From the IMG/VR virus record IMGVR_UViG_3300030618_000004: a stretch of DNA of 64,000 nucleotides. One strand, written 5' to 3'. The first letter of the stretch is position 1, and every line of letters begins with the position of its first letter. Both the position numbers and the translations under genes were made by a program. The notes under the pieces are model-generated. The model made no database searches. It was not told the origin of the DNA and saw nothing but the letters and a program-made list of their open reading frames with translations. Shown piece after piece: positions 1 through 8,528 of this stretch. Source of the stretch: a virus.

Positions 1-2
1 GA

Positions 3-263
3 TCATGATTTATTCCTTGCGAGGATTGCTTCTGCGCATTCAAATGCGCTAGATAAGCGATGCTTACTTTCCGCTGCAAGTTGATTAAAGTCATTACATA
101 TTTTCAGACAAGAATCCCTCTCATGCTTCGTGACCAATTCAGCAAAACGACAGAGTTCAATAAATGTAGTCGGTATGCCCAACTCTTTCCAGTCTGGCCA
201 GTGGTCTGAAACTATCGGCATTTCAGCCGTTTTTGCCAGCTTCAATATATCGGCTTGGTTCAT
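3..263 (-). CDS. hypothetical early protein (86 aa), near-identical paralog of 47298..47558
   Basis: Complete ORF. The protein differs from the 47298..47558 product at only a few residues. Its stop overlaps (ATGA) the start codon of a gene running off the left edge. Confidence 0.6.
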   Translation of the reverse strand: MNQADILKLAKTAEMPIVSDHWPDWKELGIPTTFIELCRFAELVTKHERDSCLKICNDFNQLAAESKHRLSSAFECAEAILARNKS

Positions 264-868
264 GGTTGTTCCTTACTAGATACTAAAATGTGATTGCCAA
301 CTTTAGGGTGGACACAGTTTCTCAATATCTGTGCAGGACAATGATTATTTCCATAATAAATATTTTCTTCATAATGAATACCAAGCCAGTCCATTAATTT
401 TTTCTTTCCTTCTAAGTTTGACAGGTTTATAAAACCATCAGGTCTATCAACATCGAAATAATCAAATTCAAAATTTGACCAAATTAAATGCCTTCCCATC
501 TTTTTCGCTGGAATTAGCGGCTCATAATAAGGATTCACATTTTCCACAACCCAATTACCTTTAAAAAAATGCTTAAGAAAAATTATTTCTTGGTATAGCG
601 TCATATCGACATATCGTCTATTTTTGTGACGAGTTGCCTTATTCATCTTACTGTGCGTCTGGCACGGTGGTGAACTCCATATAAAATCAAACTCTGCATA
701 GTGATCTAGAAGATATTGATGTGCATCACCGACAATAACAACATCTTCTGGGTAGAGCCGCTTATAAACATCTGCAATTTTTTGATTATTTTCAACGGAC
801 GTAATCTGGCAACCTGTCCAATCCTTTCTATTTCCTCCAAGACCTGAATAAAGATTTAAAACTTTCAT
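260..868 (-). CDS. DNA (cytosine-5) methyltransferase, unusually short (202 aa)
   Basis: Motif I LNLYSGLGG, motif IV SSPPCQTHS, motif VI VVENV, C-terminal RNCVHPKVGN (motif X-like). There is little room for a target recognition domain. Confidence 0.8.
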   Translation of the reverse strand: MKVLNLYSGLGGNRKDWTGCQITSVENNQKIADVYKRLYPEDVVIVGDAHQYLLDHYAEFDFIWSSPPCQTHSKMNKATRHKNRRYVDMTLYQEIIFLKHFFKGNWVVENVNPYYEPLIPAKKMGRHLIWSNFEFDYFDVDRPDGFINLSNLEGKKKLMDWLGIHYEENIYYGNNHCPAQILRNCVHPKVGNHILVSSKEQP

Positions 869-1032
869 TTCACTTCCTCCGTTGGCATTGCTTCTAGTTC
901 TTTGATTGCTGCGCGGATTACTTTAAATTCAGGTCGCCAATCCACCGGATAATCTTTAACTTGCATAAGCTCTACAGCTAACAATCCCTTACCCAGCGCT
1001 GCTAATATCTGAGCCTTCTGTTGTGGGGTCAT
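865..1032 (-). CDS. hypothetical protein (55 aa; start moved to MTPQQKAQ)
   Basis: This ATG sits just downstream of the upstream gene's stop codon (1034-1036). The longer track ORF (to 1077) would overlap that gene. Confidence 0.4.
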   Translation of the reverse strand: MTPQQKAQILAALGKGLLAVELMQVKDYPVDWRPEFKVIRAAIKELEAMPTEEVK

Positions 1033-1033
1033 A

Positions 1034-1339
1034 TCAAGCCTTTGAATGGCGCTCATAAAGCAGGTTGATAAAATCAATCTGGCGCTGATTCAGCATGTCC
1101 ATTTTGAAAGCGTTGCCGGACGAGATCCAGCAATTGAAAAGGTAGTTCTCTTCCCAGTCAATAATCTTACCGCACTGGCATTTGCCGTGAAGGAAAGTAA
1201 GTTTTTCGGCAGATGAAAATTCATGCTCTGGCTTTGATGCAAGTCCGCACAGTTCAGCCAGTTCGCTGTATGTCGGAAATTCCGCTTTGCCATTGCGATA
1301 TTCTGCAAGATGATTTTCTAATTCGATTAAAGTTTTCAT
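1034..1339 (-). CDS. hypothetical protein (101 aa)
   Basis: ORF tightly packed in the leftward operon. No family recognised. Confidence 0.5.
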   Translation of the reverse strand: MKTLIELENHLAEYRNGKAEFPTYSELAELCGLASKPEHEFSSAEKLTFLHGKCQCGKIIDWEENYLFNCWISSGNAFKMDMLNQRQIDFINLLYERHSKA

Positions 1340-1341
1340 AG

Positions 1342-1509
1342 CTACTTTCTGTAGTTTTGAATTAATCGTTGAACTGCTGGAAGCAATTCATTCAGTCGGA
1401 AATTTGGGCATTGATGGCCTGTTAATCTAACCGATTCAGGATTAATTCCCCGCGCAGCAATATATGCATGGCCGCGTAAATCTTGCTTGAATATTTCAGA
1501 TAAATTCAT
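1342..1509 (-). CDS. small hypothetical protein (55 aa, below the track cutoff)
   Basis: Hand-translated as MNLSEIFKQDLRGHAYIAARGINPESVRLTGHQCPNFRLNELLPAVQRLIQNYRK. GGAG lies about 10 nt upstream. It fills an otherwise empty gap. Confidence 0.3.
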   Translation of the reverse strand: MNLSEIFKQDLRGHAYIAARGINPESVRLTGHQCPNFRLNELLPAVQRLIQNYRK

Positions 1510-1606
1510 TTCCAAAGACTCCGAATAAGAACCAATAAAATAAGAAAAACATAAAAATGAAATGGCGCTGAAAAATGAATCAAAAGATATAGAGCGAATA
1601 TTGAAA

Positions 1607-1831
1607 TCATTTCTTTGTCCGATCTTCGGTTAGCAACGCTTCTGTTTGGCGCTCCAAGACGTATTCTTTGACTTTATCTATCCTTGCTTGATATTCAGCA
1701 AAAGATTCAACCTTGGCCGATTTAACTGGTTCTGTTGACTTCTTCGCTTCGGTGTAATCGCTCGAACTGAATACAACATAACAACCAAAAGCGCAGATAC
1801 ACAATACAATCATTCCTAGTCGAGTGAACAT
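1607..1831 (-). CDS. small membrane or lipoprotein-like protein (74 aa)
   Basis: Hydrophobic N-terminus MFTRLGMIVLCICAFGCYVVF with a lipobox-like AFGC. Confidence 0.45.
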   Translation of the reverse strand: MFTRLGMIVLCICAFGCYVVFSSSDYTEAKKSTEPVKSAKVESFAEYQARIDKVKEYVLERQTEALLTEDRTKK

Positions 1832-1833
1832 GT

Positions 1834-2991
1834 TTAATCCTTAAACAGTGAATTAATAGCAATTTCAGCGTCTTGATGAGATATGTCGAATGATTCTGAT
1901 ATTGCACTAAGAATGTCATTTTTGTTCAATACGATGCCGCCGACGCAGATAATTGGAGCTTCAATTGCATTGATAAAACCAACTGTTGACTCGATCAGCT
2001 TATCAGCGATAATTGCTGGCTTTGGCGATGGTATTACTGATTGCATGTGCGCGAGATATTCCGCTTGCTCTTTCTCGAATTTGGCCTTGTCCTCTTCTGC
2101 TTGGACGGCGGCATTCTGAGCATCGATAGCTTTTTGCTTCTCAGCTTCAAATGCGGCTATCTGAGCGTTTAAATTATCTTGCACTTGCTTTGCTACCAGT
2201 CTTTCGTTTTCGATGGCTTGGCGCTCTGCTTTGATGGCTTCATCACGAATCTTTTGCTCGACTTCCTGCTTAATACGATCTGACTTAGCTTGGTCATCGA
2301 TCAATTTCTGTTGCGCGGCCAATTCCTTGCGGACTCGCTCGTTTTCTTCTCGCTCGGCCTTTAACCTGGCAACTTCGGCTTCGCGTTCCTTCTGTTCCTG
2401 GATGCGTTTTGCTTCTTCCTGCTTCATTTCAACTAGCATATTAGAAATTTTAGCCTTGGATATTTCAGCAACAGATTCAACCTCGGACAGGTATTCTTGG
2501 TAAAAAGTATCTTTATATCCAGTTTCATTTAAATCGTTTAAAATTTGCTCAATGCCTGAAATTGATTGCCCTATACATAAAGCAGGGATATCACGGACAG
2601 TTTCAATAGCATTTTTGATTTTTTCAATCCGCGCACGTTCGGCGGCAATCTTCGCCTGTTTTTCCGCTTCGATCTTTTCATCCCATAAATCACGGATTGC
2701 AAAAATCCTATCTTCTTCTGGTTTGATTAAATCAATCAGGCGCTTTTCTTCTGCAATCACTGCTTTGCTGAACTGCGTTGCGTCTTCGCGTGATTCTTTG
2801 CCGGTCTTAGCGATTGCAATGCGTGTATTGCTTAATGTCATACCTGCGCGATGAATCTGGTCACGTCCTGCATTGTCTTTAATTTCGACTAAATCTTTAG
2901 TCTTGCTGATTAACTCGACCAACTCCAATTCGTATTTCGATGAATTAAGCGCTACAGCCGCACGTTGCACCAATGTTAATGCTTGTGTCAT
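1834..2991 (-). CDS. coiled-coil protein (385 aa), function unknown
   Basis: Long E/K/A/Q-rich heptad-like stretches. The antisense ORFs on the + strand here are by-products of that composition. Confidence 0.6.
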   Translation of the reverse strand: MTQALTLVQRAAVALNSSKYELELVELISKTKDLVEIKDNAGRDQIHRAGMTLSNTRIAIAKTGKESREDATQFSKAVIAEEKRLIDLIKPEEDRIFAIRDLWDEKIEAEKQAKIAAERARIEKIKNAIETVRDIPALCIGQSISGIEQILNDLNETGYKDTFYQEYLSEVESVAEISKAKISNMLVEMKQEEAKRIQEQKEREAEVARLKAEREENERVRKELAAQQKLIDDQAKSDRIKQEVEQKIRDEAIKAERQAIENERLVAKQVQDNLNAQIAAFEAEKQKAIDAQNAAVQAEEDKAKFEKEQAEYLAHMQSVIPSPKPAIIADKLIESTVGFINAIEAPIICVGGIVLNKNDILSAISESFDISHQDAEIAINSLFKD

Positions 2992-3020
2992 TTTATTTTC
3001 TCCGGTTAGTAAGTACAGCC

Positions 3021-3049
3021 ATTATTACTGATTGATTATTGATAGTCAA
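3021..3049 (-). promoter_or_regulatory. sigma70-type early promoter (TTGACT-N17-AATAAT), conserved 29-mer
   Basis: The reverse complement reads TTGACTATCAATAATCAATCAGTAATAAT. It matches 10358..10386 at 28 of 29 positions. It is enclosed by a 10-bp inverted repeat (3015-3024 and 3058-3067). Confidence 0.55.
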
Positions 3050-3077
3050 TAGTTATTTAATGGCTGTTGTTTTTATA

Positions 3078-3500
3078 TCAAAAAGGTGGGTCTTCTAAAT
3101 CATCAAAATTAGGCGATGGTCGAGATTGATTCTGGGGCGGCCTTGGCGCTTGCTTAGACTGAGGTGCTGGCGCAGACTGTGCTGATTTGTTTTCTCCAGC
3201 AAATTCCAGGTTAGTAACTCTGCCTACCAACTTCCATTTTTCCGCGCCATTCGATTGATACGATTCCATATGGACATCATCCACGGTCACATGGAGTAAT
3301 TTGCCTTTACCAAGGTATTGTTCCAGAGCTTCTGCCTGTTTCCCCCATAGGCTCGCGTCAATCCACTGACTAGTCTTATTTCCTGACTGGTCTTTCTTTC
3401 CATAGTTATAAGCCAATGCCAAGTTAATTACAGCATCCCCGGCAGGAGTTCGGCGCAATACGCAATCGCGCCCGATTCTTGTTAGTCCGATTAATTGCAT
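3078..3500 (-). CDS. ssb: single-stranded DNA-binding protein
   Basis: OB-fold-like N-terminus, a Q/P/S-rich linker and an acidic C-terminal tip DDLEDPPF, typical of bacterial and phage SSB. Confidence 0.85.
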   Translation of the reverse strand: MQLIGLTRIGRDCVLRRTPAGDAVINLALAYNYGKKDQSGNKTSQWIDASLWGKQAEALEQYLGKGKLLHVTVDDVHMESYQSNGAEKWKLVGRVTNLEFAGENKSAQSAPAPQSKQAPRPPQNQSRPSPNFDDLEDPPF

Positions 3501-3502
3501 GA

Positions 3503-4276
3503 TTAGCTTTCGTATTCGTAATTGTGATCAATCAAAATTTGCTTCTTCATTCTCTCAATGTAAAGTTGAGCTTCGCGGCAACGTAATAGCATTTTTCTCT
3601 CTATATCAAAATCTCGTTTGTAAGTAACGGTTGTTACCCTTAAAAGCGCGTCGATATGCGAGACTTCATGCAATTTGATATCTTCCCACTTGATCAATTC
3701 TTCTGGGGTATCGACCAACACCCAATCTAGATTAAATTCCGGCACATCGTAGAGATGCATGTAAGCGCGTCCTTGGAACTCGTATAACGTGCTGTGAGCG
3801 CGATGAATTAATTTTGGGAACGTGTCTAGGCTCCATGCGTTTTTAACGTCACGTACGCGCTCACCTGCCACGTAGATGTCACATTCACCGGATAGCAAAT
3901 CAGTTTCAATTCGACCTGAGTGCTTGGCGTATCTGGTGAAATAAACTTGATTGATTAAATCAATTCCAGCCTGTTCGCACATCAATCCTTTATTGAAGGA
4001 TTTCAAATCTAATTCTGCGCGATAACTGTAACTTTTTTCTCCGGCCAAATCTTCCAGATAGGTTTTTGCTCCAGCCGATAACGTGTGATCCCAAAGCGGC
4101 TGCAATAGTTCATGATCGGATGGCGTTTTCTTTTTCGACGAAATCAATTCTTTGGCTTCATCGGGCGAAATCAACATTTTCATGCGCTCAAAGTCAGCGA
4201 CATTCAACAATGATTTATCGATTGATACAGCATCAGTCATAATTTTTCCAATACTGGATGGATGAATGAGTTCCAT
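3503..4276 (-). CDS. PD-(D/E)XK (YqaJ/lambda-exonuclease-like) recombination exonuclease
   Basis: N-terminal HPSSIGKIMT and a D...DVK motif (CDIYVAGERVRDVK). It lies next to the ERF annealase. The start is placed at MELIHPSS (4276); the track start at 4450 would add a W-rich 58-aa extension. Confidence 0.5.
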   Translation of the reverse strand: MELIHPSSIGKIMTDAVSIDKSLLNVADFERMKMLISPDEAKELISSKKKTPSDHELLQPLWDHTLSAGAKTYLEDLAGEKSYSYRAELDLKSFNKGLMCEQAGIDLINQVYFTRYAKHSGRIETDLLSGECDIYVAGERVRDVKNAWSLDTFPKLIHRAHSTLYEFQGRAYMHLYDVPEFNLDWVLVDTPEELIKWEDIKLHEVSHIDALLRVTTVTYKRDFDIERKMLLRCREAQLYIERMKKQILIDHNYEYES

Positions 4277-4415
4277 TATTTTCTCTTTCCAATATTTAAA
4301 ACTAACAATGCGGTTCCACGGAAAATGGAAGTAATAATTCCACCAGCCACGATGATTAATAATAAACATCCCCAAAAATGCCAGCCATTTAAAAACATGA
4401 AATTTAGATATTCCA

Positions 4416-5207
4416 TTATTTTTTACCTTTTTTGAATTCGGATTCAGCATCGCTCAAAGCGATATCCTGATCCGTGGTTAGTTTATATCTGGACAAAATA
4501 TCTGCTTTAGTCCATTCACCTTTTTTGACAGATGCTTCGGCTTTAGCAAATGAACCTTTGGAGAGAGTGCTTTTCGCTTCCTCTTTCTTTTCTAGTTCGG
4601 CATCGCCAGCGCCACGGCCATCGTCATCAATTTCAGATGTAGATAATCCACAAGCTGCCAAGAATGTATAGCGCTGCAAATAAGTTACAGTTGATGATAA
4701 AGATTGAATAGCGTTTTTCTTCCCGGTATTGTCAGGTGGAGCTTCCATTGTGTTCGCTTCGCTATGTCCTAAGCTATGCGTCAATGTGCACGTTACCCGA
4801 ATCATTCCATTTCCAGGCTGTTCTTGTGACCAATTATGCGAGATTCCATAATCAGCCAAGGCAGGAATAACGATATTGCAGATATTACCAAGTGTGGCAT
4901 GGTTGTAACTGATGCCAGAGTGTTCAACGTGGGCATCCTTGCCGATACGGGGCGCATTGCGTTTGAAATCAGACATTGCCGCAACATAGGCTTTCTTGGC
5001 TTCTGCCGCGTCGTATCGCTCTTTTAAATCCATCAGCATCTTAAGTTCTTCGATACTTGCTCCGCGCTGCACAGCCATGCTTAAAAAGTCTGATGGCGTA
5101 GTAGATAACTGGCGCGATGAAGATGCAGAGACTAAATCTGTTTTACGATCTTGAATTACTTCCAACTCAATAGTTTGAGTGTCAACGATTGTTTTTTCTT
5201 CTATCAC
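4416..5207 (-). CDS. erf: ERF-family single-strand annealing protein
   Basis: ISYNHATLGNICNIVIPALADYGI and KKNAIQSLSSTVTYLQRYTFLAACGLSTSEIDDDG match my recollection of the ERF family signature. Confidence 0.8.
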   Translation of the reverse strand: MIEEKTIVDTQTIELEVIQDRKTDLVSASSSRQLSTTPSDFLSMAVQRGASIEELKMLMDLKERYDAAEAKKAYVAAMSDFKRNAPRIGKDAHVEHSGISYNHATLGNICNIVIPALADYGISHNWSQEQPGNGMIRVTCTLTHSLGHSEANTMEAPPDNTGKKNAIQSLSSTVTYLQRYTFLAACGLSTSEIDDDGRGAGDAELEKKEEAKSTLSKGSFAKAEASVKKGEWTKADILSRYKLTTDQDIALSDAESEFKKGKK

Positions 5208-5308
5208 TTTATTCTCCGGTAATTAAAAAATCAGCAGAACAATTATCGACTGTCCGTACGCGCAGATGGCTAACCGTCCTACATTGTACTGCCCTGCTGA
5301 TGGGTTAC

Positions 5309-5336
5309 ATTTTACAGTAAAGCTATCCATAGTCAA
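5309..5336 (-). promoter_or_regulatory. candidate promoter (TTGACT-N16-TAAAAT)
   Basis: The reverse complement reads TTGACTATGGATAGCTTTACTGTAAAAT, upstream of the ERF gene. It shares the extended -35 TTGACTAT with three other promoters. Confidence 0.4.
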
Positions 5337-5360
5337 TAGATATATTATTGATGTTGTTAA

Positions 5361-5867
5361 TTATTCTGATTTCCATGCCTGATTAAATTCCTTATCTGCG
5401 AATAGATCAGCCAAGCCAGTAATTTGTTTTAGTCTTAGCAATTCATCCTTATCCATGCCAACATGCTTTAAAATCCATGCATCAGACATTCCTGCCTTTG
5501 ATAGCTCGGCAACGATACTAGACATTAAATCGATTGAATGCGAACCCCTGGCGCGATTGTGGCGGATCGTTGAGGCCATTCGGTTTGATTCATCCTTATC
5601 GATAACCACTACCGGCAACAATCCATTTTCACGGTCGAAAATACGCCTGCTAGTTTTTAGTGTTGTGTACCGATGATAGCCATCAACTATTTCGTAAATG
5701 TCTTCTTCGGGCAGGTAATAGCATACAACCGGCATTGTGTAGCCATCTTCCCAAATCGAAATTTCCAGAAGCTCCATTTCAGGCGGAGCAACAGAATTAG
5801 GGTTGTAAGTATTAGCTCTGATTTTTTCTAATGGAATTGCTTTGACGTTATAAACTGGACTGCTCAT
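5361..5867 (-). CDS. IbrB-like ParB/Srx-domain protein
   Basis: YEIVDGYHRYTTL and STIRHNRARG motifs. The start is placed at MSSPVYNV, preceded by GGAGAAAAAA. It overlaps the stop of the upstream PAPS-reductase gene by 20 nt. Confidence 0.75.
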   Translation of the reverse strand: MSSPVYNVKAIPLEKIRANTYNPNSVAPPEMELLEISIWEDGYTMPVVCYYLPEEDIYEIVDGYHRYTTLKTSRRIFDRENGLLPVVVIDKDESNRMASTIRHNRARGSHSIDLMSSIVAELSKAGMSDAWILKHVGMDKDELLRLKQITGLADLFADKEFNQAWKSE

Positions 5868-7158
5868 TTTTTTCTCCGAGAATATTTGAATATTTTTTTG
5901 TTGCTTCTGCGCGTAATTGTGTTTCTGTTTTTGTTGCACTAAACCCCATGAACTTACATAGATGATCATTCTTAATAATGCAAACACAAAATCTCTTATA
6001 ACTTGGAATTTCTGAAAACTCCGTTATATCTATATCGTCCACATAATCCATCATGACCGGCAATTTATCTGTTTGAAAATTAGTCTTTTCACCCATTCTG
6101 AATTCGATATTATTTTCACGTAATTTTTCAATCACGCCAGACGAAAGGCAGCCGCCCTTGTCTTTCCAAAAAATCAGACTTTTTTCTAGTTTTTTTTTAT
6201 AGTTTTGCACCGCCGATTCTGGAAGCGTAGTGAGTAAAAATTCCATGTAACTTTTCCATGTATGACCTGAAGGAAGCTTAATGTTGCGCCATCCCATTGC
6301 GGTAGTACCACCGTAAAGACCGGCAAAATTAACTCCGTTGGTGCGGCCAATCATTTTTCCCCAATTCTTCGGATCGATAACTTTATAAAGTTTAAGCGAT
6401 GCAATGCCACACTCATGAAACGGGCTAGCAACGCGCATCTGATCAGGCGTAACACCAGCCTGCCAAAATAAATCATAAAGCTTGTTGTAAGTCCATTGCT
6501 GCTGCGCGTTTGCTACCCAGACATCATTTACTTTCCAGTCAAATATCGGATAAGCGTTATAAACATTTTCAGCCATTTTTAGCGTATAGATTAATTCATT
6601 GTATTTATTTTGATTCTTATCAGAGTGAATTGCTCTCCATCGATTCATTGATTCATCGGTTCGAATTCCAACCAAGCAACAAGTTTTAGTGGCTTGTTTT
6701 TTATTGTGATACCACTCTGCAAAACGGGTTTGCAATTCATAGTCACGCATACCTTTGTTGAACCATTCGAACTCGTGATTTTCTTCGTTGACGCATATTG
6801 ATGGAAGTTCGCGAACCCATAAATGCTTATCGTTTTTATCCCAGGGAATCCAATAAGACGAATGCATTGATGTGGCGCAGGATGCAGCTATTGGCATACA
6901 AATTCTATATACATCAAAAATATCCAGATTTTTCGCCAATTCCTGATCAACATAATCTGTTGTCATTTGGTATTGCGCTTCATAGTCGATATGGAATACG
7001 CCAATTTTTCTATGTGGCGCATGGTTGCGAATATAATCAATGCATAGATTAAGCAATACTCCGCTATCCTTGCCACCAGAAAAAGAAACATAAATATTAT
7101 CAAAATCTTGAAATATTTTATGTATCCTATCGTTTGCCGCCTCAAAAACATTCATCAA
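5848..7158 (-). CDS. IbrA-like PAPS reductase / PP-loop ATPase family protein
   Basis: PP-loop VSFSGGKDSGVLL. The 436-aa size and the pairing with a ParB-like gene match the IbrA/IbrB arrangement. Confidence 0.8.
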   Translation of the reverse strand: MMNVFEAANDRIHKIFQDFDNIYVSFSGGKDSGVLLNLCIDYIRNHAPHRKIGVFHIDYEAQYQMTTDYVDQELAKNLDIFDVYRICMPIAASCATSMHSSYWIPWDKNDKHLWVRELPSICVNEENHEFEWFNKGMRDYELQTRFAEWYHNKKQATKTCCLVGIRTDESMNRWRAIHSDKNQNKYNELIYTLKMAENVYNAYPIFDWKVNDVWVANAQQQWTYNKLYDLFWQAGVTPDQMRVASPFHECGIASLKLYKVIDPKNWGKMIGRTNGVNFAGLYGGTTAMGWRNIKLPSGHTWKSYMEFLLTTLPESAVQNYKKKLEKSLIFWKDKGGCLSSGVIEKLRENNIEFRMGEKTNFQTDKLPVMMDYVDDIDITEFSEIPSYKRFCVCIIKNDHLCKFMGFSATKTETQLRAEATKKYSNILGEKNEQSSL

Positions 7159-7390
7159 TTTTTCTCCGGGCTATTTCTATTTTTTTAAGTGCGATATATG
7201 AATTGCATTGTTCTTTTGAGAATCCAAGACTGACTAGCGCAACGTCATTCTTGAGTATCGCCATGCAAATTTTCCGGTAAGAAGGAACTTTGCCAGAAGC
7301 TTCTAAGATCGGCGGCGCTGAATCCGGTATCCCGTTTGGATATCCCTGCCGCTCCCATTTCTTCACATATTGGATTATTTTTTCTTTCAT
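7142..7390 (-). CDS. hypothetical protein (82 aa) sharing a motif with the IbrA-like C-terminus
   Basis: VPSYRKICMAILKNDVALVSLGFS resembles IPSYKRFCVCIIKNDHLCKFMGFS at the end of 5848..7158. A GAAAGG SD precedes the ATG. Confidence 0.5.
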   Translation of the reverse strand: MKEKIIQYVKKWERQGYPNGIPDSAPPILEASGKVPSYRKICMAILKNDVALVSLGFSKEQCNSYIALKKIEIARRKIDECF

Positions 7391-7748
7391 GCCTTTCTTC
7401 CCATAATTGAATTGCTTCTTTTGCTTTTAAGTTTGCCGCTTCCTGCTGTTCAAGATTAAGAGCATGCCAAGCTTTACGCGTGATATCTTCTGGTGCGCCA
7501 ATTGCTAAACACGTAGCCGCATGGCCAATCCAAGCTTTGCGATTTTGGTTTAAATCGGTCAGATTGTGCTCACATGTTATTGGCCATTGCTCAATAACTA
7601 ACAACATAGCTGCGCCATAAATTTCTGCATTACCAGTGAATTCAATCGCTAAATCAAGATACTGATCGCGATCTTTTCCTGAAACTGTACGCCACATTCC
7701 AGAATTAAAATCTTCCCAAATTTGATATGGGTGAAATATTCGTTTCAT
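7245..7748 (-). CDS. hypothetical protein (167 aa)
   Basis: Clean ORF. Its last ~48 codons overlap the 7142..7390 gene in another frame, so the true C-terminus is uncertain. Confidence 0.5.
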   Translation of the reverse strand: MKRIFHPYQIWEDFNSGMWRTVSGKDRDQYLDLAIEFTGNAEIYGAAMLLVIEQWPITCEHNLTDLNQNRKAWIGHAATCLAIGAPEDITRKAWHALNLEQQEAANLKAKEAIQLWEERHERKNNPICEEMGAAGISKRDTGFSAADLRSFWQSSFLPENLHGDTQE

Positions 7749-7891
7749 TTAATTTTCTCCACAATCTCGACAATAATTTTCTTACGAAACTGGCCTTTTT
7801 TAACGTCAGGGCGTTTTAGATAATCTAGCCAGTTGGCGAACTCCGGTGATGGCTGGAATGCTTCTGGTGGTATGTTGCTGAAGTTATTCAT
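7745..7891 (-). CDS. small hypothetical protein (48 aa, below the track cutoff)
   Basis: Hand-translated as MNNFSNIPPEAFQPSPEFANWLDYLKRPDVKKGQFRKKIIVEIVEKIK. It has ATGA-type overlaps with both neighbours. Confidence 0.3.
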   Translation of the reverse strand: MNNFSNIPPEAFQPSPEFANWLDYLKRPDVKKGQFRKKIIVEIVEKIK

Positions 7892-8528
7892 TATTTTTCG
7901 CCGGATTGAATTTAAAGTTTTTCTTCAGTTTCTCCATCGACTGAACATGATCATATCCACGACAAGGCATCATTGCGACAAGTATTTCTGGGTAGAATTC
8001 AAACTGAATAATAATTGTTGTGCCGATTTCTTCATTTGACCAGAATCGGATAGGAAACGTTTTGGCGCGTTTCATTAAATTTACTTTGTTCAATTTATCC
8101 AAAATATTAGCTGATACATAGCTCGGCATAATAGGTTTCAGTAATTCAAAATCAGGGATGACTTTTCTGAAATCTGGAAACTTAATTTTTTCATTTTCTT
8201 CGACAAAACATTTTCCTGGCTGAATAAATAATTCGTTGCCAGCCACGCCGACAATTTCAAGCCGTTGAGTTTCTTCGTTAATCAAGCATTTATTTTCGTC
8301 ACTTGAACAGTGCTTGAATAAATCCTGATTGACGTAAAATGTCTTTGGCTCAGTTACTATCGCATCTTTATCGATAACAACCATCATGCAATGACCATCA
8401 GTAGCAACTAGTATCGCGCCGCCTTCAGAATATGGTTCGATATGAACGCCTCGTAAGTAATACCGAATATCACCGAAGCCAATGAAGTGTTTCAGTTGTT
8501 TTAGATAACTTGCTTTGAATTGAATCAT
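7884..8528 (-). CDS. DnaN (beta sliding clamp)-like domain protein
   Basis: ILVATDGHCMMVV resembles the VATDGHRLA segment of bacterial beta clamps. At 214 aa it is shorter than a full clamp. Confidence 0.45.
   Translation of the reverse strand: MIQFKASYLKQLKHFIGFGDIRYYLRGVHIEPYSEGGAILVATDGHCMMVVIDKDAIVTEPKTFYVNQDLFKHCSSDENKCLINEETQRLEIVGVAGNELFIQPGKCFVEENEKIKFPDFRKVIPDFELLKPIMPSYVSANILDKLNKVNLMKRAKTFPIRFWSNEEIGTTIIIQFEFYPEILVAMMPCRGYDHVQSMEKLKKNFKFNPAKNNE

Noticed and set aside
1883-2854. Three + strand ORFs (78, 96 and 100 aa) antisense to the coiled-coil gene, and similar antisense ORFs at 43915-44272 and 63740-63979.
   Set aside because: They are Ser/Ala/Phe-rich mirror products of E/K/A/Q-rich coding sequence. 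They lack SD sequences and lie entirely inside better-supported genes.
4277-4450. A 58-codon N-terminal extension of the exonuclease ORF that overlaps the ERF gene.
   Set aside because: The extension is W/F/N-rich and does not look like protein. The exonuclease family motif begins right after the internal Met at 4276. It remains possible that the long form is real.
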